DNA from: Escherichia phage 04086
Sequence record: OR842557
DNA: 64,000 bases
Direction: 5' to 3' (one strand)
This document shows positions 61,630 to 64,000 of the stretch, piece after piece. A model generated the notes under the pieces. The model did no database searches and was not told the DNA's origin. It saw only the letters and a list, made by a program, of their open reading frames with translations. Numbering within the stretch: the first letter of the stretch is position 1; the number at the start of each line of letters is the position of its first letter. Made by a program: the position numbers and the translations under genes.

Positions 61630-62717
61630 TAGAATCCTTCCGTATAAAGTGAGCCACGGTTCAAAGTAATGATTTCACGGAAAGTAACTTCTAAACTAAA
61701 CGTAGATGGTAAGTTAGGAGCAATAGCCAATCCGTTAAAATGGCCGTCCGGAGTTTTATCAAAACGGATACTCTGGATTTGGCATGGACCAAAAATATCT
61801 TCACGACCATCATATGAACTGCTATCACCAAAGTTTCGGATATACCAAATGGTCGGGTTACTTACCACAATAACATTAGAAAGGAAGCTTGTAATACTTT
61901 CCCCTAATAGCTTACCGTCAAACTTGTCAATAGCTTCTTTTTTAAACGTAGAACGATACCAGGTATCAATCTTCTCTTTTAATTCACCAGCGAAGGCTGA
62001 GTTGCCGGTTTCACCATAAGAATAGTAATTAAAGATTTCGTATATTTTAATAATCTGGATAAGGTCTTGGGCGTTTCGTGGAGTCATTTCCCAAGTGAAT
62101 ACCTTAGTACGGTTATCAGGCCCTGCATACATACTACGGGCGGTAGTGTATATCTGCTCGCCTGAATCGGCCATTACGCCATTAGTCACAGATTCCAACG
62201 CACCAAATACTGCAGTACTTGCAACGTTACTTAAAATACCTGTAGCAGTACCTCCACCTTTAGTAATTAATGATTCACCGACATCATTAAATTTATGCGA
62301 CACCGAATCTACGTCAGATTTAGAACGTGGGAGTAAAATATTCGCCAAAGCTTGGTTGTCAAATTTAACTCCTTTAGAGTTATTACTGAACAAGTTTTTA
62401 ACCGCGCTGAATCCTCCGGTATTACCAGTAAGTTTACTAGCGGCTTTTGAAAACTTTTTAGACATTTGACTTGATCGGTCATTACGCAAATCCGGCGATA
62501 CACGAGAGCTAAAATTATATGCCGTAAAAAGTAATCCATTTTTATATAAATCGCTTAACACCATATCTGTGGAGGTATCATTACCGGAGGCCCTTTCTGC
62601 CGGGTATTGGGCCATTACTGTAGTTTGGGCCGGTTTAGCTTTAGATTGGCCTGCGGAGGTCTTTGAACCTCCTTTAAACAAGGAGGCTACATTAATGTCA
62701 ATTTCTTTTGCTTTCAT
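61629..62717 (-). CDS. 48: Baseplate tail-tube cap gp48 (362 aa)
   Basis: Size (T4 gp48 364 aa) and position; ATGA overlap with gene 54. Confidence 0.75.
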   Translation of the reverse strand: MKAKEIDINVASLFKGGSKTSAGQSKAKPAQTTVMAQYPAERASGNDTSTDMVLSDLYKNGLLFTAYNFSSRVSPDLRNDRSSQMSKKFSKAASKLTGNTGGFSAVKNLFSNNSKGVKFDNQALANILLPRSKSDVDSVSHKFNDVGESLITKGGGTATGILSNVASTAVFGALESVTNGVMADSGEQIYTTARSMYAGPDNRTKVFTWEMTPRNAQDLIQIIKIYEIFNYYSYGETGNSAFAGELKEKIDTWYRSTFKKEAIDKFDGKLLGESITSFLSNVIVVSNPTIWYIRNFGDSSSYDGREDIFGPCQIQSIRFDKTPDGHFNGLAIAPNLPSTFSLEVTFREIITLNRGSLYTEGF

Positions 62718-62725
62718 TATTAATC

Positions 62726-64000
62726 CTAATTAACTTTAGTAGCTTGACGCATACCAGGAGCAGGAGTAGAGGACTGTGGAGGTAAATTATAACTAGTCTT
62801 ACTCGTTTTCTTGATATTCGTTTGCTGATTTATTTGAGTTGGAGCCTGCTGACTATATTTAGCATTTTCCTTTGCTCTCATTTGCTCATCAACCTTTTTA
62901 ACCTGGGTATTTTCAGGAGATTCCGCTACAGAAGCAGGTTTAGGCTTTTCAGCTTCATTAAATTTCTCTAAAGATTTATTCATCTTATCAAGTAATTGCT
63001 GGATATTAAGGTCCTTCGGTGCTCCGCCTTTAGCCATAATAGGGTCGGCCAATTGTTTCTCGATATCAGCTTTAAATGCTTTAGCATTTTCGATATCTTT
63101 AGAATCAGGCTTCATTATATTATCAGCAGTTTGAGTCAAACGAATAATATCGGCTTGGGCTTTATCACGCTTCTTGAAATACTCTAATCGTTCTTCTTCA
63201 GGGAGGTCACGGAAGCTTGTGCCAATTCCACCTGCGCGTAATTGGTCAGCCTGTTCTTTAGTAAGATTACCGTATTTCTCTGCTTGGTTTATAAGCTCGG
63301 GTTTATCCTTATACTTCTTATTCATTTTCTCGGCTGTTTCTAAAGCCTCGGCAGAACGTCTATCGTGGTACTTGGCTACTTTAGTTTGGTCTTCATCATC
63401 TAAAGTGGCTCCAGTATTTTGTTGATACGACATTAAAGCGGAAGCCTCCACGTTTTCAGCTAACTCACCCATACCAGGTATTTTGCTTAAAATGGCAGAA
63501 ATCAACTTAGAAATACCGAGCATTAAAAGCTGGGCCATATTTTTAGTAAGATTAACCATACCACGAATAATGGCTTCAGCCAGACCTAACCAGTTCCCTT
63601 CACTAAACATGGCTTCAGCATTCTTGGCCCATGTCATTAGCCCTTCAAGTAATGGTCCCCACTCTTTAAACTTATCGTTAAATTCTTTCCATCCTGCCTC
63701 AAATTGGTCCATGAAATATTGGAAGTACACACGAATGGCATCTATACCAAATATTAAAAGGACTAAACCTGCGGCGAGTTTAGCAGCTTCAGCGGCAGCG
63801 GTAATGGTATACTTAAAAAGCATGCCTGAAATTCTATCAGCGACGCCTATAGAAGCTTTAAATCCCTTTTCAGTTATTTTAGTAAGGGCTTCTATTTTCT
63901 CGGAAAGAGAAGTCTTATCACCTTCTTTACCTTCATCTGAATTTTTAGGAGGCTCAGGCATAAATTCAGCGTCAGGTTTATTATCTTCAGGTGGAAGAAT
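62726..64000 (-). CDS. 29: Baseplate hub / tail length determinator gp29, C-terminal part (N-terminus lies beyond the window)
   Basis: Reading frame is open to the window edge; helical Ala/Lys/Glu-rich sequence typical of tape-measure-like proteins; position after 48. Confidence 0.65.
   Translation of the reverse strand: MLPPEDNKPDAEFMPEPPKNSDEGKEGDKTSLSEKIEALTKITEKGFKASIGVADRISGMLFKYTITAAAEAAKLAAGLVLLIFGIDAIRVYFQYFMDQFEAGWKEFNDKFKEWGPLLEGLMTWAKNAEAMFSEGNWLGLAEAIIRGMVNLTKNMAQLLMLGISKLISAILSKIPGMGELAENVEASALMSYQQNTGATLDDEDQTKVAKYHDRRSAEALETAEKMNKKYKDKPELINQAEKYGNLTKEQADQLRAGGIGTSFRDLPEEERLEYFKKRDKAQADIIRLTQTADNIMKPDSKDIENAKAFKADIEKQLADPIMAKGGAPKDLNIQQLLDKMNKSLEKFNEAEKPKPASVAESPENTQVKKVDEQMRAKENAKYSQQAPTQINQQTNIKKTSKTSYNLPPQSSTPAPGMRQATKVN

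Overview
This window is a contiguous ~64 kb block of a T4-like (T-even, Tevenvirinae-type) myovirus genome, read in the opposite orientation to the conventional T4 map. Most products were recognised by recalled similarity to T4 proteins; no search was run. Gene order on the + strand runs: early-region small ORFs, full-length topoisomerase II large subunit (gene 39), rIIA, rIIB, ndd, stp, ac, topoisomerase medium subunit (52), motA, asiA. A late module follows on the - strand: holin t and tail-fibre genes 38, 37, 36, 35, 34. The + strand then resumes with rnh, dsbA, 33, 59, 32, frd, td, nrdA, nrdB, denA, rnlA (63), alc, a spanin pair, pseT, cd, 31, rIII and DNA ligase (30), followed by three tandem alt-family ADP-ribosyltransferase genes. 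The window ends with baseplate genes 54, 48 and a partial 29 on the - strand. Points of most interest: (1) the three tandem alt paralogs with conserved ends and divergent middles; (2) twelve N-marked junctions that sit inside near-identical direct duplications and look like unmerged overlapping segments, inflating or breaking 39, rIIB, 52, td, nrdA, alc, the o-spanin, cd and the third alt gene; (3) about twenty early-promoter stem-loop cassettes in front of small ORFs, several of which form paralog families; (4) two GIY-YIG-like homing endonuclease genes, alongside an intact gene 39 and intron-less td and nrdB; (5) repeat expansions in the gp37 fibre tip. No tRNA, rRNA or CRISPR array was seen. 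I did not find one clearly novel multi-gene system; the alt triplet is the best candidate.
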